From Candidatus Aldehydirespiratoraceae bacterium (GTDB lineage Bacteria; Actinomycetota; Acidimicrobiia; Acidimicrobiales; Aldehydirespiratoraceae), in contig OZ243951.1 in assembly GCA_965214565.1 (NCBI GenBank), positions 321,017 to 385,016 on the forward strand: a DNA stretch of 64,000 bases, in the 5' to 3' direction. Both the position numbers and the translations under genes were made by a program. The notes below the pieces were generated by a model. The model was not told the DNA's origin. It worked only from the letters and a program-made list of their open reading frames with translations, and did no database searches. Positions 9,506 through 18,668 of this stretch are shown here, in pieces. Within the stretch, counting starts at the first letter, position 1. The number at the start of each line of letters is the position of its first letter.

Positions 9506-10297
9506 TCAGCCCAGGAGGAAGTCGCGGGTCACCACCAAAGATCTGGGATCTTGCATCATGAACAGATGCCCTCCCTCGAGGACCTCCAGTCGGGAATCTG
9601 TGATACCGGCGACAATCGCCTCGGAGTTGACCAGCGGCGCGATCCCGTCGTAGCGACCCGCGCACACGAGCGTCGGTGCCGATATCGAACCAAGATCAGC
9701 CGACACATCGTGGTGCCGCCTCGCTTCAAGCTGTTGAGCGAATCCCTCGGCCGACTCCGCTGAGGCTGAACGCGCATAGCCGTCACGCAACTGCGATGTG
9801 AACCCCTCCAAACCCGGAAGAGCCTCACCGCTGCCAGAGACGTAGCGAGTGTCCATCAGTGAAAGGGAGATCTCGGTCCTCTCGGCGACCGGCAGATTCA
9901 CCAACTCGTCGAGAGGGTAAGACATCAGTGGACCGCCCGGCGATGTGCAGTTCAGAACCAACCGCTCAACCAGTGCAGGGTGACGGATGGCCAGGTGCTG
10001 CGCGACCATTCCACCAAACGACGTGCCCACCACGCGGGCACTCTCCCAACCCAGCGCAGAGCACAACGAAGCGGCGTCGTCGGCGTAGTCGAACATCGTC
10101 GGCGGATGATCGCCGAGGGTTGTCTGACCCAGACAACGCTGATCGTAGTGAAGGCCCAGAAAGTCCTGGTTGAGCCCATTGAGGTGCGGGGCAGTGAGAC
10201 GAAGATCCCCGCCGCTGCCCGAGATGTGCAGCAGGTTCGGGCCTTCTCCGTGGAATTCGTAGTACATGGTCAAGTCGTTGACTTCGATAAACGGCAT
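9506..10297 (-). CDS. alpha/beta hydrolase
   Basis: HGEGP...HISGSGG oxyanion region and nucleophile elbow GTSFGG, with a C-terminal His region (EGGH). Confidence 0.8.
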   Translation of the reverse strand: MPFIEVNDLTMYYEFHGEGPNLLHISGSGGDLRLTAPHLNGLNQDFLGLHYDQRCLGQTTLGDHPPTMFDYADDAASLCSALGWESARVVGTSFGGMVAQHLAIRHPALVERLVLNCTSPGGPLMSYPLDELVNLPVAERTEISLSLMDTRYVSGSGEALPGLEGFTSQLRDGYARSASAESAEGFAQQLEARRHHDVSADLGSISAPTLVCAGRYDGIAPLVNSEAIVAGITDSRLEVLEGGHLFMMQDPRSLVVTRDFLLG

Positions 10298-10333
10298 CTC
10301 TGTTCCGGCTCCCCTCTCGGGCTCGGCTCTCGG

Positions 10334-11401
10334 TCAGATTCTCACTTCGAAGTAGCGGTTGAGAGGATCGACCTCGAACTCATGAACCTCAACGCTGCCG
10401 AAGCCCGCGGCGGCGGTCATCTCCTCGAACACCTCGACGGTGAGTCCCAGGGTTCCCAGTCCGGCACCATTGGGCTCGGACATGGCCGAAGACATGCAGT
10501 ACAGAATCGACATGGAGTACATCAACGGCAGCACCGGAATGTGCCGGTTCTCCTCAAGGCCGCCCCTGGTCTTGATGTCGGCCACCATCCAGACGCCGTT
10601 GTCGGCCAGACACGACCGAGCTGCTACGACCGCGGCGGCGGGGTCCGGCAGGTCGTGCAGCACGTCGAGCGTCACCAGCAGGTCGACATCGCTAAAATCA
10701 CGAAGATCCTCGAAGGTCCCCGACTGAAACGACAGGTTGGTCAGACCCTCCGAAGCCGCCCGCTGCGCGGCGGTTTCGATGGCGTGAGGTGACGGATCGA
10801 TACCCACCACCGTGGACTGCGGAAAAGCGCCGGCAACAGCCGCCGCAGCCACGCCCGAACCGCAGCCCACATCGACCACGGTCGCTCCGGCAGTCAGGCG
10901 CTCAGTCATCTGCTCAACGGCGTCGAGTATCACCGGCACGAGCCAGGTTCGCTGTCCCGATGCGCTCATTGCTGCCTGGAAATGGCAGGCGTGGACACCG
11001 TGCTCGCTCCAGGTCATGCCCAGTCCGGTCTCGAACGCCTCCGCTGTCCGGTTGACCTCATGATGGGTTATCGGGAGTCCGAACACTCCGGCGGTCGCAG
11101 CAGGATGGTCCGGCTCACACAACGTGGCCTTGGCTTCCGGTGTCAGGTTGAATCGACCGTCGTCGTGCTCGACGAGGCCTGCAGCAGTGACTGCGAACAG
11201 CCATTCGCGGACCCAGCGCTCGTGCAGACCCGTGGCGTCCGCCAACTCGTCTGAGGTTGACTGCGGCACTCGGGCAAGAGCATCGAAGAGTTCCAGTCGG
11301 ACACCGAGGTGGACGATCGCGCTCATCGCCTCGCCCTGTTTCATTCGGTACAGGTCTTGGATCGTCTGGCCCAGCAGTTCCAGGTCAACTTCGGTGCGCA
11401 T
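10334..11401 (-). CDS. class I SAM-dependent methyltransferase with N-terminal winged-helix-like domain
   Basis: Motif I VVDVGCGSG, then acidic GIDPS and post-II LDVLHDLPDP. Confidence 0.8.
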   Translation of the reverse strand: MRTEVDLELLGQTIQDLYRMKQGEAMSAIVHLGVRLELFDALARVPQSTSDELADATGLHERWVREWLFAVTAAGLVEHDDGRFNLTPEAKATLCEPDHPAATAGVFGLPITHHEVNRTAEAFETGLGMTWSEHGVHACHFQAAMSASGQRTWLVPVILDAVEQMTERLTAGATVVDVGCGSGVAAAAVAGAFPQSTVVGIDPSPHAIETAAQRAASEGLTNLSFQSGTFEDLRDFSDVDLLVTLDVLHDLPDPAAAVVAARSCLADNGVWMVADIKTRGGLEENRHIPVLPLMYSMSILYCMSSAMSEPNGAGLGTLGLTVEVFEEMTAAAGFGSVEVHEFEVDPLNRYFEVRI

Positions 11402-11505
11402 CAGGTTGAGAGTGTTCCAGGTTGAGGTTGGGCATGTCTAGGCCGAGACTGCGGATCTCCGGATCGAGACTGTCCAGGTCGAGGCTGTCAGAGCGCGGGT
11501 GGCGG

Positions 11506-12825
11506 CTAGGCGGGTCGGTTCAGCAGTCGCGTGCGGAGCATGTTGAGAGCCATGATGCAGGTGAACTGCCGGATGCGCTCGCGGTCGAAGGGCAGCTTGA
11601 TGGTGGTGGCCTCGGAATGGGGTCTCTCGGTGGGCGCACTGGTGGCCGCGGTGGGTTCACCGTCGCCGCCGACGGCGAAATGTATACCGATGCAAACGAC
11701 TCCGGGTTCAACTCCCTCGTGAGGTTCCGGCCCGGCGACTCCCGAGACAGCAAGCCCAACATCAGCATTGAAGACACCGCACGCACCTTGTGCCATCTCG
11801 ATCACCATCTCCTCGCTGACCGAGTGGACGTCACCGGCGTGCAGCAGCGACTGTTTGAGCTCTCGGTGATAGGGGACGATCCCACCCCGAAACACACCGC
11901 TGCAGCCTGGGTGGTTTACCAACCGGCTGGAGATTAGGCCACCCGTCAGCGATTCCGCCAAAGCAAGGGTCAGGCCGCCGTCACGCAGCAGGTCGAGGAC
12001 AACGGATTCCATCGTGTCGTCGTCGGTTCCAAAGACGATGTCACCGATCAGGTCCCTCAAACGACTCTCCTCGGCGTCGAGGATCGAGACGGCTTCGGCC
12101 TCGCTTCCGGCTTTCGCGGTGATCCGCACCTTCAGGCCTTCCAGGCCGCTCGCGAGGAACGCGATCGTCGCCGTTCCGGTCTCATCGAGACGCCGTATCT
12201 CTTCGTCGAGCTGTTCGGCGAGGCCGGACTCGGACTGGCCCCAGGTGCGCAGCGTGCGACTGCGGATGACCGCGCTGATTCCCGCCCGCTCAGCGAGATC
12301 GGGGAGCACCCCTTCCAGCACCATCTGGCGCATCTCCCAAGGAACTCCCGGGACCGCATAAATCACTTTGTCTTGGTGCGCGCCGCCCTGGTTTGATCCG
12401 CTGAGTGGGCAGATCAGACCCGCAGCGGTGCCGGGCATAGCAGGATTGACTCGGGCTCCTACGGGCACGTCTGCCTGACGTTTGTTGTTCTCGGCCATGT
12501 TGCGGCCGCGGCCACCGAACATGGTTTCGATCTTGGCGATGATGCGTTCGTCGCGGACCAGTTCCACACCCATGATCGCGGCGATGGCCTCACGGGTGAT
12601 GTCGTCCTGCGTCGGCCCCAGTCCACCACAGACAATCACCGCATCACTACGATCGAGGGCCTGGCCGAGCACCGCGACCATCCGTTCAAGATTGTCGCCG
12701 ACCTTCGTCTGGTGATGGCTGTCGATGCCTGCAAGCGCCAGTTGCTCTCCGATCCAGGACGAATTGGTGTCGACGATCTGCCCCAGCAGCAGTTCGGTTC
12801 CGACTGCTACCACTTCACAGTTCAT
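11506..12825 (-). CDS. cinA: CinA family nicotinamide-mononucleotide amidohydrolase / competence-damage inducible protein
   Basis: MNCEVVAVGTELLLGQIVDTNSSWIGEQLA (MoCF-biosynthesis-like domain) plus a C-terminal PncC domain. The ATG at 12825 avoids overlap with pgsA. pgsA-cinA adjacency is conserved. Confidence 0.9.
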   Translation of the reverse strand: MNCEVVAVGTELLLGQIVDTNSSWIGEQLALAGIDSHHQTKVGDNLERMVAVLGQALDRSDAVIVCGGLGPTQDDITREAIAAIMGVELVRDERIIAKIETMFGGRGRNMAENNKRQADVPVGARVNPAMPGTAAGLICPLSGSNQGGAHQDKVIYAVPGVPWEMRQMVLEGVLPDLAERAGISAVIRSRTLRTWGQSESGLAEQLDEEIRRLDETGTATIAFLASGLEGLKVRITAKAGSEAEAVSILDAEESRLRDLIGDIVFGTDDDTMESVVLDLLRDGGLTLALAESLTGGLISSRLVNHPGCSGVFRGGIVPYHRELKQSLLHAGDVHSVSEEMVIEMAQGACGVFNADVGLAVSGVAGPEPHEGVEPGVVCIGIHFAVGGDGEPTAATSAPTERPHSEATTIKLPFDRERIRQFTCIMALNMLRTRLLNRPA

Positions 12826-12839
12826 CGGCTCTCCCGAGG

Positions 12840-13418
12840 TCACCCACCTGTCGAACTCAGTGCACTCTGGCCGTCGACGAGGTACTGGATCCCTGACACA
12901 AGAGTCCAGACAACCGCGATCCACAACGCCACGTCGATCAGAGTGTCCTGATCTTGAAGCGTCGGCATCACCGCCATTGCCAACGCGACTCCCTGCACGA
13001 AGGTCTTGTACTTGGCTGAACGACGAGCGGGCAGGGCCAGCCCGTGGCGTGCCCAACGGCTGCGCCAAGCAGTGATACCGAGTTCGCGTAGGGCCATGAG
13101 CGTTACCGGCAGCCACCAGTACCGCTCGACTGCAACGAGGCAGAATGCCGAACCGAGGATCACCACCTTGTCTGCCAGGGGATCGAGGAACGCACCGCTG
13201 CGGCTGACGACATTCGCGCGACGAGCAACTCTACCGTCGAAGAAGTCGGTGCTCGCCAAGGCGACGCCGAGCCCGAACGCCGCCCAGGACACGCCTCGTG
13301 TGTCCTCTGCTGCGAGGACCAGCCAGAACAACAAAGGTGCGAACAGCAGGCGCATGATCGTCAGCAGGTTCGCCGGGTGGGTTATCCCAGCGCTGCGCGG
13401 CACGGCCAGATCGTTCAC
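12840..13418 (-). CDS. pgsA: CDP-diacylglycerol--glycerol-3-phosphate 3-phosphatidyltransferase
   Basis: CDP-alcohol phosphatidyltransferase motif DFFDGRVARR...GAFLDPLADK. Its GTG start overlaps the rimO stop (GTGA). Confidence 0.9.
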   Translation of the reverse strand: MNDLAVPRSAGITHPANLLTIMRLLFAPLLFWLVLAAEDTRGVSWAAFGLGVALASTDFFDGRVARRANVVSRSGAFLDPLADKVVILGSAFCLVAVERYWWLPVTLMALRELGITAWRSRWARHGLALPARRSAKYKTFVQGVALAMAVMPTLQDQDTLIDVALWIAVVWTLVSGIQYLVDGQSALSSTGG

Positions 13419-14743
13419 CGCGCCTCCAGGTCCGGGCCTATGGCTCCGGTGACGGTCAGAGTCTGGATTGTTCCCACGTCCAAAGTCTGGGGCACAGAAA
13501 TGACGCCGTCGATTTCAGGCGCCTCACGATAGCTCCGTCCGATCCCAGGTTCATCCACAAGTACTTCGACTTCGATGCCTACCAGTTCGTCACGTTTTGT
13601 TGCCGTGATTGCGTCCTGCAACTCAGAGAGCTCTCCGAGCCGGTCGGCGACGAGCGCTGGATCGACCTTGTCCCCCAGCGACTCTGCGTAGGTTCCCACC
13701 TCTTCGGAATAGGCAAAGAATCCGCACCAGTCAAGCCTTGCCTCCTCGATGAAGTCCAATAGCTGATCATGGTCCTGTTCGGTTTCGCCGGGATAGCCGA
13801 CGATGAAGTTCGAGCGGAAGGCGGCGGCCGGCTCTCGGCTGCGGATGGATTCGATGCTGGCTGCGAACCTGCTGCCATTGCCCCAGCGACGCATGCTCCG
13901 CAGTAGCCGGGGCGAGACATGCTGAAGCGACAGATCGAAGTACGGCACACCGGTTTCGCAGACTGTGTCGATCAGCGCATCGGAGAGGTCCGAAGGGTAC
14001 AGATACAACAGTCTGACCCTCTCGACCTCTGCCGCAACGGCTCTCACCAACGGCACGATCGCACGTTCACCGACGCCTTGGTCCCGGCCGTATGCCGCCA
14101 GATCCTGGGCAACCAGGACTACCTCTTCGGCTGCCAGTTGTTCGACTTCAGCCAATATCGCTTCGATGGTGCGGCTGCGTTGCGGGCCTCTGAACGAGGG
14201 GATGGCACAGAAACCGCAGGCCCGGTCGCAACCTTCGGCGATCTTGACATAGGCCCAGGGTCGTTGCGCGGCAGGTCGTGGCAGGTTCAGCAGGTCAAAG
14301 TCCGGGGTCGGACCGGCTGTCTTACCGGTCGACCAACGAGTCGGCCCGAGCGTGACCTGCACCGCTGAGTGTTCGACCTCACGGCTCAACGAGGATCCAC
14401 CGGGACCTGATAGAGCGGGCATCAGCGACATTCCGAACGGTGCCAGGTGGTCGATCTCAGGCAACTCGGCGGCCAGTTCATCGCCGTAGCGCTCAGCCAT
14501 GCAGCCCGTCACCACCAACCTGGCACCCTCACGACGCTGCTCGGCGACTGCGAGGATCGTGTCCACCGATTCCTGCCGGGCCTGATGGATGAACGAGCAG
14601 GTGTTGACGACGACAACGTCGGCGGTTCTGACATCGTCGGTGACCACCATGCCGGTCTCGGTCAGCGTTCCCGCCAGTTTGTCGGAGTCGACCTGATTCT
14701 TGGGACACCCGAGGGTCACAATCGCATATGACTGAGTTGACAT
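13415..14743 (-). CDS. rimO: 30S ribosomal protein S12 methylthiotransferase
   Basis: UPF0004 N-terminus TLGCPKNQVDSD, radical-SAM CDRACGFCAIP and a C-terminal TRAM domain. Confidence 0.92.
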   Translation of the reverse strand: MSTQSYAIVTLGCPKNQVDSDKLAGTLTETGMVVTDDVRTADVVVVNTCSFIHQARQESVDTILAVAEQRREGARLVVTGCMAERYGDELAAELPEIDHLAPFGMSLMPALSGPGGSSLSREVEHSAVQVTLGPTRWSTGKTAGPTPDFDLLNLPRPAAQRPWAYVKIAEGCDRACGFCAIPSFRGPQRSRTIEAILAEVEQLAAEEVVLVAQDLAAYGRDQGVGERAIVPLVRAVAAEVERVRLLYLYPSDLSDALIDTVCETGVPYFDLSLQHVSPRLLRSMRRWGNGSRFAASIESIRSREPAAAFRSNFIVGYPGETEQDHDQLLDFIEEARLDWCGFFAYSEEVGTYAESLGDKVDPALVADRLGELSELQDAITATKRDELVGIEVEVLVDEPGIGRSYREAPEIDGVISVPQTLDVGTIQTLTVTGAIGPDLEAR

Positions 14744-14755
14744 GGTGACCCGACC

Positions 14756-15850
14756 CTAACCGTCAGCGGAGGCCCCGAGCACCACCACGCAACCCAGCCA
14801 CAGGGCCAACAGCACAATCCCCTCGGCACGGCTGACTCTCTTGTGGGTGATCATCATCACCGCGCTGAGGGCCACTACCGCGACCATCATGATCGATCCC
14901 CTTACGGCCAGACCTGAGTCGAGTACCCGTCCCGGCCCGACAAGCGCGATCACGCCGCCGACACCAAAGCTGTTGAACATGTTGGAACCGAGCAGGTTTC
15001 CGATCAAGAGTTCGATCTCACCGCGGCGCGAGGCCGCGATCGCCGTGAACAGTTCAGGTGCTGAGGTTCCGATCGCCACCAAGGTGAAGCCGATGAAACC
15101 TCCGGTCAGATCAAGTTCCTCAGCAATTCGCTCGGCCCCTACAACAACGAACCAAGCCGACCCCGCCACCAGGACCAGCCCGACGAAGGTGCGGATCGTC
15201 TCGGTGAGCGCCGAAGGTGCAGTTTCGCCCACGAGTTCACCGACTTCCTGTGGCAGCGCTGCGAATCCCCGCGCCTCCGGGCCGGTCGCCTCTGCGATCG
15301 GGCCTGCCTCTGCGATCGGGCCTGCCTCTGCGATCGGGCCTGCCTCTGCGATCGGGCCTGATTGTGCGGGGTTCGGTTTCTCGGGGGTGGACGACTCGGC
15401 GAGATGCCGAGGTGAAGTGCGCAGGAGGAAACCAAGCGCAGCTACCAGCGCAAGCATCAGAATCGTTCCCTCCAACCGGGTGATCTCTCCTTGGAGCAGC
15501 ACCGCGAAGACCACTACCGACGCCACTGATATCGGAACCTCGCGGCGCAGTATTGCAGACTGAACCGGCACCGCAGCGACGAGCGTCGCGCACCCGAGAA
15601 CCAGAGAAATGTTGGCAACGTTGGAGCCGACGACATTGCCTACACCGATGTCAAGATTGCCGTCGACAGCAGCGATTCCCGACACGACCATCTCGGGTGC
15701 ACTGGTACCGAAACCGACGATCACCGATCCGACGATCACCGGCGCGATGCGCATGACGACCGCCAACCGGACGGCCCCCTTGACGAACTGGTCGGATGCC
15801 ACGGCGAGCACTGCCAGTCCACCGATCGCGTAGAGGATGCCGGCAGTCAT
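14756..15850 (-). CDS. calcium/sodium antiporter (CaCA family)
   Basis: Two Na_Ca_ex halves with GTSAPE motifs (GFGTSAPEM / AIGTSAPEL). The central loop carries four copies of GPIAEA. Confidence 0.88.
   Translation of the reverse strand: MTAGILYAIGGLAVLAVASDQFVKGAVRLAVVMRIAPVIVGSVIVGFGTSAPEMVVSGIAAVDGNLDIGVGNVVGSNVANISLVLGCATLVAAVPVQSAILRREVPISVASVVVFAVLLQGEITRLEGTILMLALVAALGFLLRTSPRHLAESSTPEKPNPAQSGPIAEAGPIAEAGPIAEAGPIAEATGPEARGFAALPQEVGELVGETAPSALTETIRTFVGLVLVAGSAWFVVVGAERIAEELDLTGGFIGFTLVAIGTSAPELFTAIAASRRGEIELLIGNLLGSNMFNSFGVGGVIALVGPGRVLDSGLAVRGSIMMVAVVALSAVMMITHKRVSRAEGIVLLALWLGCVVVLGASADG
15288..15359. repeat. 18-bp perfect tandem repeat x4 (encodes GPIAEA x4)
   Basis: The unit gcctctgcgatcgggcct is repeated four times head-to-tail in the antiporter central loop. 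Confidence 0.95.
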
Positions 15851-15869
15851 TGAATTCCAAAGCTACCGA

Positions 15870-18422
15870 TCAAAAGTCGGTATCGGAGTCTTCGGCGGTT
15901 CCCCCCGGGGCACGACGAGCCTCGTACTCTTCTTGGCTCAGTAGCACTTCTCGAGCCTTGGATCCGGTGGACGGGCCCACGACACCCTGTTGTTCGAGCA
16001 GGTCCATGATCCGCCCGGCACGCGCGAAACCAACCCGGAGCTTGCGTTGCAGCATCGACGTTGAGCCGAGTTGGGTCTGTACCACCAGTTCCATCGCCGC
16101 GTCGAGGAGTTCATCGCCGTCATCAGCAGATTCTGGGCGAGTGGCGGCGACTGAGTCGTGTGGTGGTTCCCCGGTGATCGCGTTGTCGTCGTCGAGCGGG
16201 GCGACAGGGACGACAGGCCCAGACACGGCACCGGCTCCAGCTCGGGACGACTGCTCTGGGTCCTGCTTCAGCTTCTTGGCCTGTTCCCGCCAGTGGTCCA
16301 CAATGGCGCGCACTTCGGACTCCTCGACCCAGCAACCCTGGATTCGATTCAAAGCCGAGGACGAAGTACCCAACATCAACAGATCACCACCACCCACTAG
16401 ACGCTCTGCACCCGCCTGGTCCAGTATGACTCGCGAATCGGTCAGGCTTGATACTGAGAAAGCCCAGCGGCTCGGGATGTTGGCCTTGATGACACCGGTG
16501 ATGACGTTCACTGAGGGGCGCTGCGTGGCGATCACGAGGTGTATCCCTACGGCTCGAGCCATCTGGGCGATACGCGCTATCGACTCCTCCACATCGCGGG
16601 CGGCCACCATCATCAAGTCGGCGAGTTCGTCGACCACAACCAGCACGAACGGCAGGCGGCTGTAGGTGAGGGGCTCACCATCGCCGTCAAGCACTCCCAG
16701 GGGAGGCTTCAAGGTGTTGTTGTCGACGGCGCTGTTGTAGCCGGTGATGTCGCGCACACCCACGTCTGCAAGAAGGTCATAGCGGCGTTCCATCTCACGC
16801 ACGGCCCATGCGAGGGCGTTGGCAGCCTTTCGGGGATCGGTGACGGGTGCAGTGAGCAGATGAGGGATCTTTTCGTACTGTCCCATCTCAACCCGTTTGG
16901 GGTCGACCAGGATCATTCGCACCTGATCCGGGTTGGAGCTCATGAGGATCGATGAGAGCAGGGAGTTGAGGCACGACGATTTGCCCGAACCGGTCGCCCC
17001 GGCAATGAGCACGTGGGGCATGTCGGCGATGTTGACCATCACGTTGTTGCCGTTGATGTCGCGGCCGATGGCGACCTCGAGGGGATGCGAGGCCTGTTTA
17101 GCTTCCTTCGATGCCAGGATGTCGCCGATCGTGACGATCTCCCGCTTGTTGTTGGGGACCTCCACGCCGATGGCGCGCCGCCCCGGAATCGGAGCGATGA
17201 TACGCACATCGGGCGAAGCCATTGCGTAGGCCATGTCCTTGCGCAGACTCTCGAACTTGGTGACCTTGACCCCCTCGCCCAGGGTCAACACATACCGTGT
17301 GACGGTCGGGCCGACGATCGGCTCAAGCAGACTGGTCTCCACACCGAACTGGGCGAGCGTGTCCTGCAGCCGCTTGCCGCGCTCGACCACGTCGATCGTG
17401 TCGATCTCCTGTTTGCTGCTGCGGGAGAGCAGCGACAGGGGCGGCAGTGTCCAAGGGCTCATTTCCAGGGGTAATTTCTGCTCGGTGACCAACCCCGGCT
17501 CGAGTTTCGGTCTACGGGTGCGCCGCAGTGGGGGTTCTGGGGCAGATTCGCCGGGGCCGTCACCGGGCTCCGCATCGGTGACACCTGCCCGGCTCGCGGT
17601 GTCGGCGGGAGGACCCTCTTCGGGGACACTCCCCGCAGAGACAGCACCAGCGACGACCGCTCCGAAATCGCTTCCTTCAGAGACGTTGATGATCGTCTCA
17701 GAGGATGCCGACGTCTCAGACGATCCGGGTGCACCAGCGGACCCTGACTTGGAGAGATCACTGAACAGTGCTTGTACCTGGGTCTTCAACCAACGCAGAG
17801 GCGGCCCGACGATGGTCACGAGGGACTGGCCCAGAGTCCATGCGGAACTGCCCGTGAGCACGATCATCCCGACGATGCCCAACAGAACGAGAATCAGCAC
17901 ACTGCCGGTGACCGCGGCAGCAGCATGGAGCGAGCCTCCGAGACCGATCCCCAACACACCTCCCGCCGCACCCCATTCATCGACGTTGTCGTTGATGCCG
18001 GGGCGGCCTCTGAGCACATGAAGCAGCCCGCTCAAAGACATCAACAGCAGGATCCCGCCCACCATGAGACGTGTCGGCCACTCAGAGTCGCCGTCGGCAC
18101 CGGTTCCGCGGATCAGGGCCACTCCCAGGGCGATGAGGCCCAGAGGGACAACGAAACGAATCAGACCAACTCCCGCGGCCAACCCGTCGTCGACCACAAC
18201 GCCCACAGCGCCGGCTGCACCGAACCACAGACTGACTGCGCTCAAGAGCCCTACCAGTATTGCTCCCAGACCCAACAGATCGCTTCGGTGGCCCGACAAC
18301 ACCCTCCCGACCGAGCGACGAGAGACACCAGACTTCTTGGAGCCGCGCCCTTTCTTGGAGGCACCGGCACTCCTCGAGCCGCTCTTGGAGTTCGGTTTCG
18401 GGGGGTCTGCTTTGGAAGCCAC
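15870..18422 (-). CDS. ftsK: DNA translocase FtsK
   Basis: N-terminal TM segments, Pro/Ser linker, motor domain with Walker A GATGSGKS and a C-terminal gamma winged helix (LQRKLRVGFARAGRIMDLLE). Confidence 0.95.
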   Translation of the reverse strand: MASKADPPKPNSKSGSRSAGASKKGRGSKKSGVSRRSVGRVLSGHRSDLLGLGAILVGLLSAVSLWFGAAGAVGVVVDDGLAAGVGLIRFVVPLGLIALGVALIRGTGADGDSEWPTRLMVGGILLLMSLSGLLHVLRGRPGINDNVDEWGAAGGVLGIGLGGSLHAAAAVTGSVLILVLLGIVGMIVLTGSSAWTLGQSLVTIVGPPLRWLKTQVQALFSDLSKSGSAGAPGSSETSASSETIINVSEGSDFGAVVAGAVSAGSVPEEGPPADTASRAGVTDAEPGDGPGESAPEPPLRRTRRPKLEPGLVTEQKLPLEMSPWTLPPLSLLSRSSKQEIDTIDVVERGKRLQDTLAQFGVETSLLEPIVGPTVTRYVLTLGEGVKVTKFESLRKDMAYAMASPDVRIIAPIPGRRAIGVEVPNNKREIVTIGDILASKEAKQASHPLEVAIGRDINGNNVMVNIADMPHVLIAGATGSGKSSCLNSLLSSILMSSNPDQVRMILVDPKRVEMGQYEKIPHLLTAPVTDPRKAANALAWAVREMERRYDLLADVGVRDITGYNSAVDNNTLKPPLGVLDGDGEPLTYSRLPFVLVVVDELADLMMVAARDVEESIARIAQMARAVGIHLVIATQRPSVNVITGVIKANIPSRWAFSVSSLTDSRVILDQAGAERLVGGGDLLMLGTSSSALNRIQGCWVEESEVRAIVDHWREQAKKLKQDPEQSSRAGAGAVSGPVVPVAPLDDDNAITGEPPHDSVAATRPESADDGDELLDAAMELVVQTQLGSTSMLQRKLRVGFARAGRIMDLLEQQGVVGPSTGSKAREVLLSQEEYEARRAPGGTAEDSDTDF

Positions 18423-18668
18423 GATACCGAAACGCTACCAGCGCCCTGCGACAGCCTCATGCACGCCCTGCTGTTCACGCCACAACACCATGCTCGCCGC
18501 AGAAACCGTCCACACCGCTGCTGTCGCAGCGCAAACCTTCACACCACCCTCTCCCGTTGCGCTCCGCGGCGACGAATACTCCTTTGCGCCGACTGACCAC
18601 CAAACACGAAGAGCCTGCAATCGGACCCGCCGACTTACCGTGTCATCCGATTTGAAGCAGTCGGGTCG

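Noticed and set aside
11506-13116. 536-aa version of cinA, and similarly long versions of dapA, DUF177, coaD, acpP and rpmF
   Set aside because: The longest-ORF starts overlap the upstream genes extensively. Internal starts reproduce the conserved family N-termini and the 4-nt stop/start overlaps.
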